A DNA stretch of 63,996 nucleotides, filler included, from an uncultured Methanosarcinales archaeon (lineage in GTDB: Archaea > Nanobdellota > Nanobdellia > Woesearchaeales > JAGLXL01), in NCBI GenBank assembly GCA_964472345.1. It is 7 parts of 7 records of this genome, joined end to end, with 100 filler letters (N's around TTAATTAATTAA, not from the genome) between each part and the next. Parts side by side here need not be neighbours in the genome. Positions count along the whole stretch, not along the records: positions 10,354 to 20,129 come from CAYYLB010000048.1; positions 20,230 to 29,829 come from CAYYLB010000049.1; 5 more parts are not named here. One strand, 5' to 3'. Shown here piece by piece: positions 18,316 to 27,914 of the stretch; the first letter of the stretch is position 1, and the number at the start of each line of letters is the position of its first letter. The notes under the pieces were generated by a model that was given only the letters and a program-made list of their open reading frames with translations, searched no databases and was not told where the DNA came from. The translations under genes were made by a program, and so were the position numbers.

Positions 18316-18720
18316 CTACTGCGGCGCCTGCTCCGGCTGCTCCTTCACTTCTTCCGTCGCCTTGCTGCGGTAAATCTCCGCGAAGCTCGGGACCGCGACA
18401 AGGTAATCCTCGCCAAAGCCCGCAATATCGCCCTCAATAGCATCGCAGGTCTTCTTCAGCTTGTTGATCGCCCGCTTCAGCTCGACGAGGTCCTTCTCTT
18501 TCAGCGGCTTGATGTTGACCAGCGCCACGGTAAACCCCTCGCGCAGCGCATCAAGAATGGGCTTCACGTCCTCAAAATCATCGAGCATGAACGGCCGGAC
18601 AATCACCTTCGCCTGCGACGCGGCGTCCGTGCCGAGCTCCACATACTCCTGCAGGTGCTCATCCCCATGATTTGACTTCGAGGACAGCTTTTCTTTCAGG
18701 CTCAGGAAAAAGTTTTTCAT
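18316..18720 (-). CDS. sepF: cell division protein SepF
   Basis: ILDALREG..ALVNIKPL...LKRAINKLK...GDIAG..EDYLVAVP. Confidence 0.85.
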   Translation of the reverse strand: MKNFFLSLKEKLSSKSNHGDEHLQEYVELGTDAASQAKVIVRPFMLDDFEDVKPILDALREGFTVALVNIKPLKEKDLVELKRAINKLKKTCDAIEGDIAGFGEDYLVAVPSFAEIYRSKATEEVKEQPEQAPQ

Positions 18721-18877
18721 GCTCACTTCCTCGTATCGTTGCACAAACGGCGGAGCTATATAAAGATTACTATTTTTGGGTGTATACGGCGCCGGAAGGA
18801 TGGCAGCACGCACGGTGAACACTCAGGCAGGGTTTTCCATCGGAAACTATTTATAGCAGTGCGCCCCCCATCGATGG

Positions 18878-19168
18878 ATGGTACGGCGCATCGGCGGCGC
18901 GCGGCGCAAGTCACGGAGCAAATTTAAGAAGCACTATCAGCAGCGCGGCAAGATAAGCCTGCGGCGCTTCTTCCAGCGGTTTGACGCTGGCGAGCACGTC
19001 GCCCTTGTCGCGGAGCCAGCCTACCAGAAAGGCATGTACCGCGCGCGCTTCCACGGCAAGGCCGGCACGATCCAGGGCATGCGGGGGCGCGCCTACGAGG
19101 TCATGATCCACGACGGGAACAAGGAAAAGACGCTCCTTGTGCACCCCGTCCATCTCAAGAAGGTGTAA
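18878..19168 (+). CDS. rpl21e: 50S ribosomal protein L21e
   Basis: KGM...RFHGKAG, RGRAYEV, KTLLVHPVHL. Confidence 0.95.
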   Translation: MVRRIGGARRKSRSKFKKHYQQRGKISLRRFFQRFDAGEHVALVAEPAYQKGMYRARFHGKAGTIQGMRGRAYEVMIHDGNKEKTLLVHPVHLKKV

Positions 19169-19169
19169 C

Positions 19170-19517
19170 ATGGTCAAACCGCAATTGCTCAGTGAAACGC
19201 CGATGAGCCTCGTAGAGGTCAAGGCAGAGATTGAGCGGATCAAGCAGCGCGATACGCAGCTGAATTTCCGCACCGGCAAGTGCGAAGAATATGTGAATGA
19301 CATCGTCTCATTGAGCGCTGAGCAGGCCGCCGCCGTGCGGAAAAAGCTCCGGGAGCTGGGCATTTCCCGCCTCAAGGAAGAGCACATCATCAAGGTCGTT
19401 GATCTTCTCCCCAAGACGCCCGAGGACGTGCGCATTGTCCTGCAGGGCAGCGCAAGCCACCTCGCAAAGAAGGATCTCGAGCAGATCGCAGCGGCAGTCG
19501 CGGAAGCCGCAGGGTAG
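19170..19517 (+). CDS. rpo4: RNA polymerase subunit F (Rpo4)
   Basis: Between rpl21e and DUF655 gene; KVVDLLPKTPEDVRIVL. Confidence 0.85.
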   Translation: MVKPQLLSETPMSLVEVKAEIERIKQRDTQLNFRTGKCEEYVNDIVSLSAEQAAAVRKKLRELGISRLKEEHIIKVVDLLPKTPEDVRIVLQGSASHLAKKDLEQIAAAVAEAAG

Positions 19518-19527
19518 GTGAATTCTC

Positions 19528-20129
19528 ATGAGCGCCGCAGAACCATCACCAGAGCCAGCAACCCCCCCTCATCCTGCTGAAATGCCTGAAGGTGAGCGAA
19601 GGCGCGATCGCGGGCCCTCGGAAAAGGAGGAGTACGCCGTCGTGCTCGATTACCTGCAGAACGGCTATGCGTTCGACCCCCGGCCAAGCCACCAGAAGAC
19701 GCCGATTGCGCAGGCTGCCGGCAAGAAATTCTTCACCCTGCTTGAGCTCGTCCCCAAGAAAGATGTATTTCTCCAGCCCCATGAGGATGTGTACATCGGC
19801 GACGGCAAGCGCGACAAGATCCACCACATCAAGGGGAGGCTGCCGTTCGACCAGCTCACCGCAACGGCACAGTCGGAGCTTGCCGTCGTTGTGCAGGAGC
19901 TTGTGGAGAAAGACGAGCCGCATTTTGTTGAGTTCTTCAACAAGGCGCAGCCGCTGACAACACGCATGCACCAGCTTGAGCTGCTTCCCGGCCTTGGAAA
20001 GAAGCACATGTGGGAGATCATCGAGGTGCGGAAGGAGAAGCCGTTTGAGAGCTTCCTCGACATCCGCAAACGCGTGCGGCTGATGCCGGATCCCAAGGCG
20101 ATCGTCGTGAAGCGGATTCTCGAAGAACT
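19528..20129 (+). CDS. DUF655 putative RNA-binding protein, 3' truncated at contig end
   Basis: YAVVLDYL, FTLLEL, RMHQLELLPGLGKK; conserved operon position. Confidence 0.85.
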
Positions 20130-20229
20130 NNNNNNNNNNNNNNNNNNNNNNNNNNNNNNNNNNNNNNNNNNNNTTAATTAATTAANNNNNNNNNNNNNNN
20201 NNNNNNNNNNNNNNNNNNNNNNNNNNNNN
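20130..20229. other. artificial contig linker
   Basis: N-run with TTAATTAATTAA. Confidence 0.98.
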
Positions 20230-20287
20230 GCAGGCGGGGAAAGAGTGCAGAGAGATGCCTGGAGCAGTTAAACCTTTCGATGGAGGA

Positions 20288-20463
20288 GGGGTTGGTGCGA
20301 AATGTGCACTGCCCTTCCCTTGCGAGCGACGCCGGCTGCTGCTTGCAGGGCACGCTGGAACCGAAATCCTTCCGGGAAATCAGACAGGGGACGGCGGGAA
20401 ACGTTTGGGATTTCGGCGGAGTGAGCTGGCAGTGCCGCGACAGCGAATGACGCACCAACCCCC
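20288..20463. mobile_element. MITE-like element with GGGGTTGGTGCG termini
   Basis: 12-bp inverted termini; imperfect flanks ATGGAGGA/ATGGATGG; related ends at 25129-25214 and 49710-49721. Confidence 0.7.
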
Positions 20464-20556
20464 ATGGATGGACGTTGCAGGAACCCGCTGCAGGATCTGC
20501 CTCCGCAGCCCTCAGGGCATCGTGCGTTCCGCCGGTGAACACGCGAGAGGGGAAGC

Positions 20557-20785
20557 GGCTCTGTAGAAAAGTGGCCGTAGCCGTCAGCTGGAGCAGCACC
20601 GGAGCCGCATGGCGGAGGTCTGCTCGACGGCTGACGCCAAGCAAATCGGGGATTTGCGGGCACCAAAAGCGAAGCTTTTGCGTGCGCCGGGGGATGCGCC
20701 CGAGCGAGGCGAGCGGTGTGCCAGCAATTGCGGATTGCTCTGCACCCCATCCGGGGTGGCGCGTAGGCCACTTTTCTACGAAGCC
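20557..20785. mobile_element. MITE, IS1595-family-like
   Basis: 20-bp TIR GGCTCTGTAGAAAAGTGGCC (2 mismatches); perfect 8-bp TSD GGGGAAGC at 20549-20556 and 20786-20793. Confidence 0.9.
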
Positions 20786-20829
20786 GGGGAAGCGAAGTGT
20801 TTTTAAACTCCCCGCACGCGGAAACAGGC

Positions 20830-21537
20830 ATGCGCCGCCCCCGGGAAAGATTCAAGACCTACAAAGGCGTCTTCGACGAGTTCACCCTCCGCAACATCTT
20901 CAAGCTCGCCAGCGAAGGCCACTTTGAAGGGCTGGTGAGCCCCATCTCGATCGGAAAGGAAAGCAATGTCTTCAGCGCAAGGACGAAAGAGGGTGCCTTC
21001 GTCGCCGTCAAGATCTACCGCCTCGAGAACTGCGACTTCAACCGCATGTACGATTATATCAAGGGTGATCCGCGCTTCATGGGTTTGCTCAAGCAGCGCA
21101 GGAAAGTGATTTTCGCCTGGGCCCAGAGGGAATACCGCAACCTGCTGATTGCGCACGAAGCCGAGGTTGCGGCGCCGCTGCCCATCACCGTCAAGAACAA
21201 CATCCTGGTGGAGGAGTTCATCGGCAACAGCAGTGCGGCTCCGCGGTTGATCAACGCACCCCCAAAGGATCCGGAAGCCTTCCTCGGCCAGCTGCTCACG
21301 GAGATGCGCAGGCTCTGGCAGCACGGCCTGACGCACGGCGATTTGTCCGCCTTTAATATCCTCAACCACGGCGAGAAGCCCATCCTCATTGATCTTTCGC
21401 AGGCGACGGTGCGCGACAGCGCGCGCTTCGGGGAGCTCTTCGAGCGGGACTGCCGCACGGTCGCAGAGTACTTCACAAAGATCGGGTGCGCGGTGACGGC
21501 AGAGCGGATCATGCGGCACGTAGGGGGTGCGCCATGA
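20830..21537 (+). CDS. rio1: RIO1-family serine/threonine kinase
   Basis: ISIGKESNVF, VAVKIY, WAQREYRNL, HGDLSAFNIL, IDLSQA. Confidence 0.92.
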   Translation: MRRPRERFKTYKGVFDEFTLRNIFKLASEGHFEGLVSPISIGKESNVFSARTKEGAFVAVKIYRLENCDFNRMYDYIKGDPRFMGLLKQRRKVIFAWAQREYRNLLIAHEAEVAAPLPITVKNNILVEEFIGNSSAAPRLINAPPKDPEAFLGQLLTEMRRLWQHGLTHGDLSAFNILNHGEKPILIDLSQATVRDSARFGELFERDCRTVAEYFTKIGCAVTAERIMRHVGGAP

Positions 21538-22091
21538 ACGACGAGTTCTCCTACACGCTGCGCATCCCCAAAGACCGTGTCGGCGTCCTGATAGGGAAGT
21601 CCGGCAAGGTCAAGAGGGATATCGAGCACGCGACCGGGACGCGCATGGGAATCGACTCCAAGGAAGGCGAAGTCGCCATCGTTGCGGATGACGGCCTGCG
21701 CCTCTATGAGGCACGCGAGGTCATTCGTGCCATCGGCCGCGGCTTCAATCCCGAGATTGCGCTACAGCTCCTCAAGACCGATGCCGCATTGGAGATCATC
21801 GATGTCACGGCAGTCACGGGCAAGAGCAAGAACGCCCTGCAGCGCCTCAAAGGCCGTGTCATCGGCGCCGAAGGGAAGGCGAAGCGTGAGATCGAGCGCC
21901 TCACGGGGTGCAGTATCTCGGTCTACGGCAAGACGATTGCCCTGATCGGCGAAGTCACGGATGTGACGGCCGCGCGCCTCGCCGTCGAGAACCTGCTGCA
22001 GGGCGCGACCCACGCGACCGTCTACCGCCTTCTCGAGAAGAGGCGACGCGAGAGGAAGTTCGAAAGGATGCTGGGGAAGAACGACGCGTAA
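21534..22091 (+). CDS. KH-domain RNA-processing protein (Dim2/Pno1-like)
   Basis: VLIGKSG, AIGRGF, KGRVIGAEG, SVYGKT; follows RIO1. Confidence 0.9.
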   Translation: MNDEFSYTLRIPKDRVGVLIGKSGKVKRDIEHATGTRMGIDSKEGEVAIVADDGLRLYEAREVIRAIGRGFNPEIALQLLKTDAALEIIDVTAVTGKSKNALQRLKGRVIGAEGKAKREIERLTGCSISVYGKTIALIGEVTDVTAARLAVENLLQGATHATVYRLLEKRRRERKFERMLGKNDA

Positions 22092-22102
22092 AAGCCCCAA
22101 GC

Positions 22103-22298
22103 GGCCGAGGTGAAAAAGTCGTGCGCCAAGAACTGATGAGCGAGCAGGCGTAAACTTTAGTCGCCCGAGGGAGCCATTTCCTTCCGAGAGAAAGAACGGA
22201 ACCGCAACAAATGAAGCGAGCGGGAAACGGCTGAGTGGGTGCCTGTCGGCGCGCAGCGCGGCTCGCGTTTCACTGCGCCGGACTTTTTCACCGGAGCC
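22103..22298. mobile_element. MITE
   Basis: TIR GGCnnnGGTGAAAAAGTC; flanks GCCCCAAGC/GCCCCAAAC (8/9). Confidence 0.8.
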
Positions 22299-22343
22299 GC
22301 CCCAAACATAATTTTATAAACCATCGCCAGCTCCTCGGCGCGC

Positions 22344-23960
22344 ATGGCGAACATCGCAGAGCAGCTCGCAGCCAAGCAGCGTGACATTTCCGTCGCGGAA
22401 TTCTTTGAGCGCAACCGCCACCTGCTGGGTTTCGACAACAAGCGCAAGGCACTGCTCACGACGATTAAGGAAGGTGTTGACAACAGCCTCGACGCGTGCG
22501 AGGAGGCCCGCCTGCTGCCGGAAGTCAGCATCGAGGTCATCGAGATGGCCGAAGAGCGCTTTCGCGTCATTGTGGAGGACAACGGTCCCGGCATCGTCAG
22601 GAAGCAGGTCCCAAACATTTTTGCCAAGCTCCTCTATGGCAGCAAGTTCCACACCATGGTCCAGCAGCGGGGGCAGCAGGGCATCGGGATCTCCGCCGCG
22701 GTGCTGTATGCGCAGCTCACCACCGGCAAGCCCGCGCGCATCACCTCACGGATAGGCAAAAAGCATCCCGCCCATTACTTCGAGCTTCATATCAACACGC
22801 AGGACAACACCCCCGAGATTGTCACGGAGAAGGAAGTCCCCTGGAACAAGGAGCAGGGAACGCGGGTAGAGCTCGATCTGGAAGCGTCCTACCAGAAAGG
22901 CGACCAGAGCGTCGACGCCTATCTCAAAGGCACGGCCATCGTCAATCCCCATGCGACCATCATCTACACCAACCCCAGGGCGGAGCAGGTGATATTTGCC
23001 CGCGTGACGGAAAAGCTGCCGCCGCAGGCGAAGGAGATCAGGCCGCATCCCTACGGCGTCGAGATCGGCACGCTGGCCAAGATGCTGCGCGCGACCGATG
23101 CGCGGACGCTGCAAAGCTTCCTGGTGAACGAGTTCTCCCGCGTCGGCCCAGGCACGGCAAAGGAAATCTGCGCGAACGCAAGGCTCCTGCCCGCGACGAA
23201 GCCGGGAGAGATGAGCATCCCGCAGGTCGAGCAGCTCGCCGAGGGCATCAAGAAGACAAGGATCATCGCCCCCCCGACCGACTGTATTATCCCCATCGGC
23301 GCGGAGCTCCTCGAGCGGGGATTGCGCAAGGAAGTGCAGGCGGAATTCTACACCTCTGTCACGCGCTCGCCCGAAGTGTACCGGGGGATCCCCTTTTGCG
23401 TCGAGGTCGCGCTCGCCTACGGCGGCGCGCAGCCTGCCGACCAGCCGGCAAGCGTGCTGCGGTTCGCCAACCGTGTCCCCTTGCTCTACCAGCAAAGCGC
23501 ATGCGCGATGTATAAGTCCGTTGCCGCCACGGGCTGGAAAGCCTATGGCCTGCAGCAGAGCCAGGGCGCATTGCCGGTCGGCCCGCTGACCATGGCCATC
23601 CACCTTGCGAGCGTCTGGCCGCCCTTCACCAGCGAAGCGAAGGAAGCCGTGGCGCAGTACCCGGAGATCGTCAAGGAAGTCAAGCTCGCACTGCAGGAAT
23701 GCGGCCGCCATCTCGGAATGTACGTGCGCAAGAAAGGCCGCGTCCATGAGCAGCGCGAGCGGGCCAGCCTCTTCGAGAGGTACATCCCCGAAATAGCAGA
23801 CTCGCTCGCGGCCCTTGCGGAAGAGAAGAAGGAGGCCATCCTCGAAGCGCTCAGGAAGATGGTGAAGAAACCCGAGATCATCCAGCAGCTCCAGATAACA
23901 CCCCCCCAGGATGAGGACCAGGCCAAGATCAAGCTCACAGCGAGGGAAGATGATGAGTAA
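22344..23960 (+). CDS. top6B: DNA topoisomerase VI subunit B
   Basis: [40 protein letters not shown]. Confidence 0.96.
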   Translation: MANIAEQLAAKQRDISVAEFFERNRHLLGFDNKRKALLTTIKEGVDNSLDACEEARLLPEVSIEVIEMAEERFRVIVEDNGPGIVRKQVPNIFAKLLYGSKFHTMVQQRGQQGIGISAAVLYAQLTTGKPARITSRIGKKHPAHYFELHINTQDNTPEIVTEKEVPWNKEQGTRVELDLEASYQKGDQSVDAYLKGTAIVNPHATIIYTNPRAEQVIFARVTEKLPPQAKEIRPHPYGVEIGTLAKMLRATDARTLQSFLVNEFSRVGPGTAKEICANARLLPATKPGEMSIPQVEQLAEGIKKTRIIAPPTDCIIPIGAELLERGLRKEVQAEFYTSVTRSPEVYRGIPFCVEVALAYGGAQPADQPASVLRFANRVPLLYQQSACAMYKSVAATGWKAYGLQQSQGALPVGPLTMAIHLASVWPPFTSEAKEAVAQYPEIVKEVKLALQECGRHLGMYVRKKGRVHEQRERASLFERYIPEIADSLAALAEEKKEAILEALRKMVKKPEIIQQLQITPPQDEDQAKIKLTAREDDE

Positions 23961-25113
23961 GAACCTATCCCGCTTGGCACAGCGAGAGTTGCATGCGCCG
24001 GGAGCGGAATGGGGAACAGTCCCACCAAGCGGGAGAGGTTCCAGGCCGGTCCTGGCGCTCACGGAGCTCGGAAAGAAGCTCGTCAGCGACATCAGGAAGG
24101 GCAGGAACCCGACGATTGAGTTTTCCCAGCGTGGCCTGGGCAACGTCGTCTTTGACGCCAAGTCGAAGAAGCTCCAGCTGGGCGAGCGGCTCGCATCGCG
24201 CAGCTTCTTCAACGTCGGCCATGCGAAAAAGTTCCTGCAGACCCTTGAGGTCGCGAAGATCAGCAAGACGCTGCTCGGCGTGAAGAAGCATGCCAGCCTC
24301 AGGGACGTCTTTTACATGGCGAAGCGCACCATCCCTGACTCAAACATCAACATCGTTGACGAGCAGAAAGAGACGGACAAGGCGATTGAGGATCTCGAGC
24401 TCATCAGCGAGTTTTCCCGCGAGCAGCTTAATATCAACGCGAACAAGATGGGCTCCGTCGCCGGCAAGGTGCTCATCGAGGACAAGGGCGACGTGATTGA
24501 CTGGTCCAGGCTCGGCTCGGGGGGCTGGAGCATCCCGAGCAACGTCGAGGAGATCTCATTCAGGAAAGTCTCCGCAAAATATGTCATTTACATGGAAAAG
24601 GCGGCGGTGTGGGAGCGCCTGCATGAGGACAGGTTCTGGGACAGGCAGGACTGCATCATCATGAGCTCGCAGGGACAGACGACGCGCGGCATCCGCAGGC
24701 TGCTGCAGCGCCTCAGCAAGGAGGCGAAGCTGCCGATTTATGTGCTGACGGACTACGATCCCTGGGGGGCATACATTTACTCTGTCATCAAGTTCGGCTC
24801 CATCAGCCTCGCGCACATGGCAGACACCCTCGCCGTTTCCGATGTCAGGTTCCTCGGCATCACCTCTGATGACATCGAGAAGTTCGGGCTCAGGAAGCAC
24901 TTCATCAAGCTGACGGAGCAGGATCTTGCCCGCCTGAAGCAGATGGCAGACTACGAGTGGTTCAGGAGCAACAAGGCCTGGCAGCGCGAGTTCAAGATGA
25001 TGAGGCAGTTCGGCGCGAAAGCCGAGATTCAGGCGCTGAGCAGCAGGGGCATTTCGTTCATTTCCGAGAAGTACCTGCCGGAGAAGATCAGGAACAAGGA
25101 CTGGATTGACTGA
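23950..25113 (+). CDS. top6A: DNA topoisomerase VI subunit A, with an in-frame palindromic insertion near the N-terminus
   Basis: LRDVFY catalytic Tyr, MEKAAV, TDYDPWG, KAEIQAL. Confidence 0.95.
   Translation: MMSKNLSRLAQRELHAPGAEWGTVPPSGRGSRPVLALTELGKKLVSDIRKGRNPTIEFSQRGLGNVVFDAKSKKLQLGERLASRSFFNVGHAKKFLQTLEVAKISKTLLGVKKHASLRDVFYMAKRTIPDSNINIVDEQKETDKAIEDLELISEFSREQLNINANKMGSVAGKVLIEDKGDVIDWSRLGSGGWSIPSNVEEISFRKVSAKYVIYMEKAAVWERLHEDRFWDRQDCIIMSSQGQTTRGIRRLLQRLSKEAKLPIYVLTDYDPWGAYIYSVIKFGSISLAHMADTLAVSDVRFLGITSDDIEKFGLRKHFIKLTEQDLARLKQMADYEWFRSNKAWQREFKMMRQFGAKAEIQALSSRGISFISEKYLPEKIRNKDWID
23961..24041. repeat. 81-bp palindromic element inside top6A
   Basis: GAACCTATCCCGCTTGG / CCAAGCGGGAGAGGTTC inverted repeat (16/17); related sequence at about 63079-63106. 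Confidence 0.8.
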
Positions 25114-25128
25114 TCCTGTGCGGCAGCA

Positions 25129-25214
25129 TGGGTTGGTGCGGTCGCCGGTACCGCTGCGTGATTTGCCCCGCCGGCGTGCTTCGCAGCGGCACGGAAAGGC
25201 TCCGCACCAGCCCC
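25129..25214. repeat. short MITE-like element (GGGTTGGTGCG family)
   Basis: GGGTTGGTGCGG...CCGCACCAGCCCC inverted termini; GGCAGC on both flanks. Confidence 0.65.
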
Positions 25215-25298
25215 ATAGGCAGCGTAGCGTTTCTCTCATCGGTTGCCGCGTTGCGATAGGTATATAAACAACATCCCGCACGAATATGTGTTGTAACC

Positions 25299-25646
25299 AT
25301 GTCCGAAAGCCAGTCACGGTATAGCATCGTCGAGCGGCTGACCCAGACCAAGCTCGACATCATGAGCGCGAAGTCTGAACTCAAGGAGGAGTTGAAGGGT
25401 CGCGCGCAGAAAATCACTGAACTGAAGAAAGACCTCGATAACTGGAACAAGGATGTCGAAGAAGACGTCCGGCGGGAGCGCAGGAACAAGGAAAAGAATA
25501 TCGAGAAGGCCCAACAGGACTACGAAAACCTGAAGGAGCGCCTTGCAGAGAAGGAAAAAGTCTACGATGAGAAGGCCCGGGCGATTAACGAGGCGCTGAA
25601 GGCGATCGAGGAAATCAGCAAGACGTCACCGACGGTGCAATCATAG
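25299..25646 (+). CDS. coiled-coil hypothetical protein
   Basis: 115-aa E/K-rich heptad ORF with upstream TATATAAA box. Confidence 0.8.
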   Translation: MSESQSRYSIVERLTQTKLDIMSAKSELKEELKGRAQKITELKKDLDNWNKDVEEDVRRERRNKEKNIEKAQQDYENLKERLAEKEKVYDEKARAINEALKAIEEISKTSPTVQS

Positions 25647-25717
25647 TCCGCGAACAAACATCCAACGCCATGTGCGTGCGGACGTCTGGCAACAAATCTG
25701 CAAAGCCATGTGCTGCT

Positions 25718-25774
25718 ACCCCTGTGGTTCGAATCCACACCAGAATGACGAGGTGAGAGTCCTCGTCATGGGGT
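25718..25774 (+). ncRNA. candidate structured RNA with two T-loop-like hairpins
   Basis: ACCCC/GGGGT closes TGTGG-TTCGAAT-CCACA and ATGACGAGG-TGAGAGT-CCTCGTCAT. Confidence 0.45.
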
Positions 25775-25898
25775 CTTCCTTCTTCCGGTGCTGTAGGAAG
25801 CAGGCCGAGTGAGCCGGCAGTGCCGAGCGTACGCGAGGGGGTTTCTGCAGGGCCTGGAAATGACAATGTTTTTATAGTTCTCATCCATTAAGGAGGGT

Positions 25899-26537
25899 AT
25901 GAACAAGCAGCTGCTCACGTCCTACTGGCAGGGCAAGCTCAGTCAGAATGTCCTTGAGGCTTTCCAGACCGTTCCGCGGGAAGAATTCGTCGCCGCAGAG
26001 CTGCGCAGCCGTGCCTATGAGGATGTTCCATTGCCCATCCTCCGCGGCAAGACCATCTCCCAGCCGAGCACCGTGCTGATCATGACCGAGGCACTCGAGG
26101 TGAAGCCCGGCCAGAAGGTCCTGGAGGTTGGTTCAGGCTCAGGCTACCAGGCCGCACTGATCGCAAAGATCGCGAATCCGGGGATGGTCATCACCACGGA
26201 AGTCGTGCCGGAGCTGGTCTCATTCGCCCAGAACAACCTCAGGCGCACGGGAATAGCGAATGTCAGGGTACTCGAGCACGACGGCAGCCAGGGGTGCGAG
26301 GACGAGGCGCCGTACGACCGCATCATCATGACTGCAGCAACACCAACGCTGCCGCTCCACCTCCTCAGCCAGCTCAAGATGGATGGGATCCTCATCGCGC
26401 CGGTCGGCGACCTCAACGCGCAGCAGATGGTGAAGCTCATCAGGCGCCAGAACCGCGTCGAGCAGCAGAGCCTCGGCGAGTTTGTCTTCTCCCCGCTGAT
26501 AGGGAAGTTCGGGTTTGATGAGGAGAAGATGAGCTAA
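25899..26537 (+). CDS. pcm: protein-L-isoaspartate O-methyltransferase
   Basis: VPREEF, TISQP, VLEVGSGSGYQAA, APYDRI, FVFSPL. Confidence 0.93.
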   Translation: MNKQLLTSYWQGKLSQNVLEAFQTVPREEFVAAELRSRAYEDVPLPILRGKTISQPSTVLIMTEALEVKPGQKVLEVGSGSGYQAALIAKIANPGMVITTEVVPELVSFAQNNLRRTGIANVRVLEHDGSQGCEDEAPYDRIIMTAATPTLPLHLLSQLKMDGILIAPVGDLNAQQMVKLIRRQNRVEQQSLGEFVFSPLIGKFGFDEEKMS

Positions 26538-26571
26538 TGAGATCTGCTAATCTTGGGAAAAAGCGGGAGAG

Positions 26572-26661
26572 TATGAATCTTTGCGTTAATAAGTTAAGTT
26601 TTTAGGCAAAGATTCATATTAGAAATGCGTTATTTCTTACACCAATCAACGCATTTCTCTA
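26572..26661. repeat. degenerate copy of the 90-bp double-hairpin element
   Basis: TATGAATCTTTGC/GCAAAGATTCATA followed by AGAAATGCGTT/AACGCATTTCT; no TSD retained. Confidence 0.55.
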
Positions 26662-26739
26662 TATTTCGATTCAGTTTTGAGTTAACAAGCCAGCTCACCA
26701 ACTACAAAGTTGGGATAGCAACGATGGAAATCTTTCCGT

Positions 26740-27723
26740 TTACTTGGCAGTTTTTAACATTTCCTGATAGGCGGGCATCCACGTTTCATAAATCATGATC
26801 AAGTGTTCATAATTCCTAATGACATGGGGAAATTTCTGCCGCAAGTCATTGATGATTTGATTGAAGTGCTGGTAGCTTTCGACAGCAAACTCAAATTCAA
26901 CCTCCCAAGGAGCTAAACTTCTGATGTAATACAGTGCATAGGGGTTGGTCCGCATCCACTCAAACAAGGCTCTCTCGTCCCTTTCAGATAATGTTCTGAA
27001 GTAGATGATAGCCTTAAAAAATTCCAACCCTAATTTATTCAAATCTACGGACAACCGATAACCAAGAATAATTCCTTTCGTTTCCATCCTCCGCATCCTC
27101 CCGCGGATAATTTCAATCGTGGATTTGACCTTCCGTGCAAGCTCAGCCAATGGAATGCGCGCATCATTCGCAAGAATATTCAGAATTTTGTAATCAAGAT
27201 CATCAATCTTGTTATCGGTGACATTTCCGCCAAAAACAACAACGGAACTATCGCGTTCCTGCGTAAAGAATTTTTTGTTGTATTGCTTGGTGTCCACCAT
27301 GGTTCCCAATATTTTGCTCACAATAAGATGCTCCCACGTTGAAAGCAGCATGTTTATTTTCTCATAATATTCCGTAATCCCCCGAGAAAGAATGGCAAAA
27401 ACGCAATCAAACGCCCCGTCAGATATCCCCAGCCAATAAATATCTTTATTTTGCTTTAACTGGTCAAAAAATTTCTCTCGCTCTGCCGGGATGTTCTCCA
27501 GCTTCAGGTACACCTTGAACATAAAATAGCCAAGCTTGTTCGGGTTAATTGATGTGATGAATCCATCAATAACGCCGCTTTTCTGCAACTGTTGAATTCT
27601 ATATTTGACCGCTTCTCTCGACTTATGCACCTTCTTTGCTAAAATCGAGTTTGGGACTCGGCAGTTTTTATCCAGTTCAGCAAGGATCTTCTTGTCTACT
27701 AAATCTAACTTTATTTTCTCCAT
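26740..27723 (-). CDS. tandem-duplicated Lrp/AsnC regulator
   Basis: Two HTH+RAM units (DLVDKKILAELDKNCR; DDLDYKILNILANDAR). Confidence 0.9.
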   Translation of the reverse strand: MEKIKLDLVDKKILAELDKNCRVPNSILAKKVHKSREAVKYRIQQLQKSGVIDGFITSINPNKLGYFMFKVYLKLENIPAEREKFFDQLKQNKDIYWLGISDGAFDCVFAILSRGITEYYEKINMLLSTWEHLIVSKILGTMVDTKQYNKKFFTQERDSSVVVFGGNVTDNKIDDLDYKILNILANDARIPLAELARKVKSTIEIIRGRMRRMETKGIILGYRLSVDLNKLGLEFFKAIIYFRTLSERDERALFEWMRTNPYALYYIRSLAPWEVEFEFAVESYQHFNQIINDLRQKFPHVIRNYEHLIMIYETWMPAYQEMLKTAK

Positions 27724-27914
27724 ATTTCAACCATAAAATGCACTTGAATATAAATATTTCTATAAATCGGTCAAAAAATGAAAGAAAGTTTAATATGTAT
27801 AATGTAATAATTAAGTGGTAACATGAGCAAAAATCAATTACGCTTGTGGCCAGATCTAGAGAGTGCCCGCATCTCACAGTACACGTGCCGTGCAAGAAAA
27901 TCTGCGAGTGAACT

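Noticed and set aside
20230..20790. Long structured non-coding region as possible SRP or RNase P RNA
   Set aside because: Conserved SRP and RNase P motifs not seen; explained by two TIR-bounded elements
22133..22230. CTGATGAG...GAAAC resembling a hammerhead ribozyme core
   Set aside because: No stem II or stem III pairing could be formed; it lies inside a MITE
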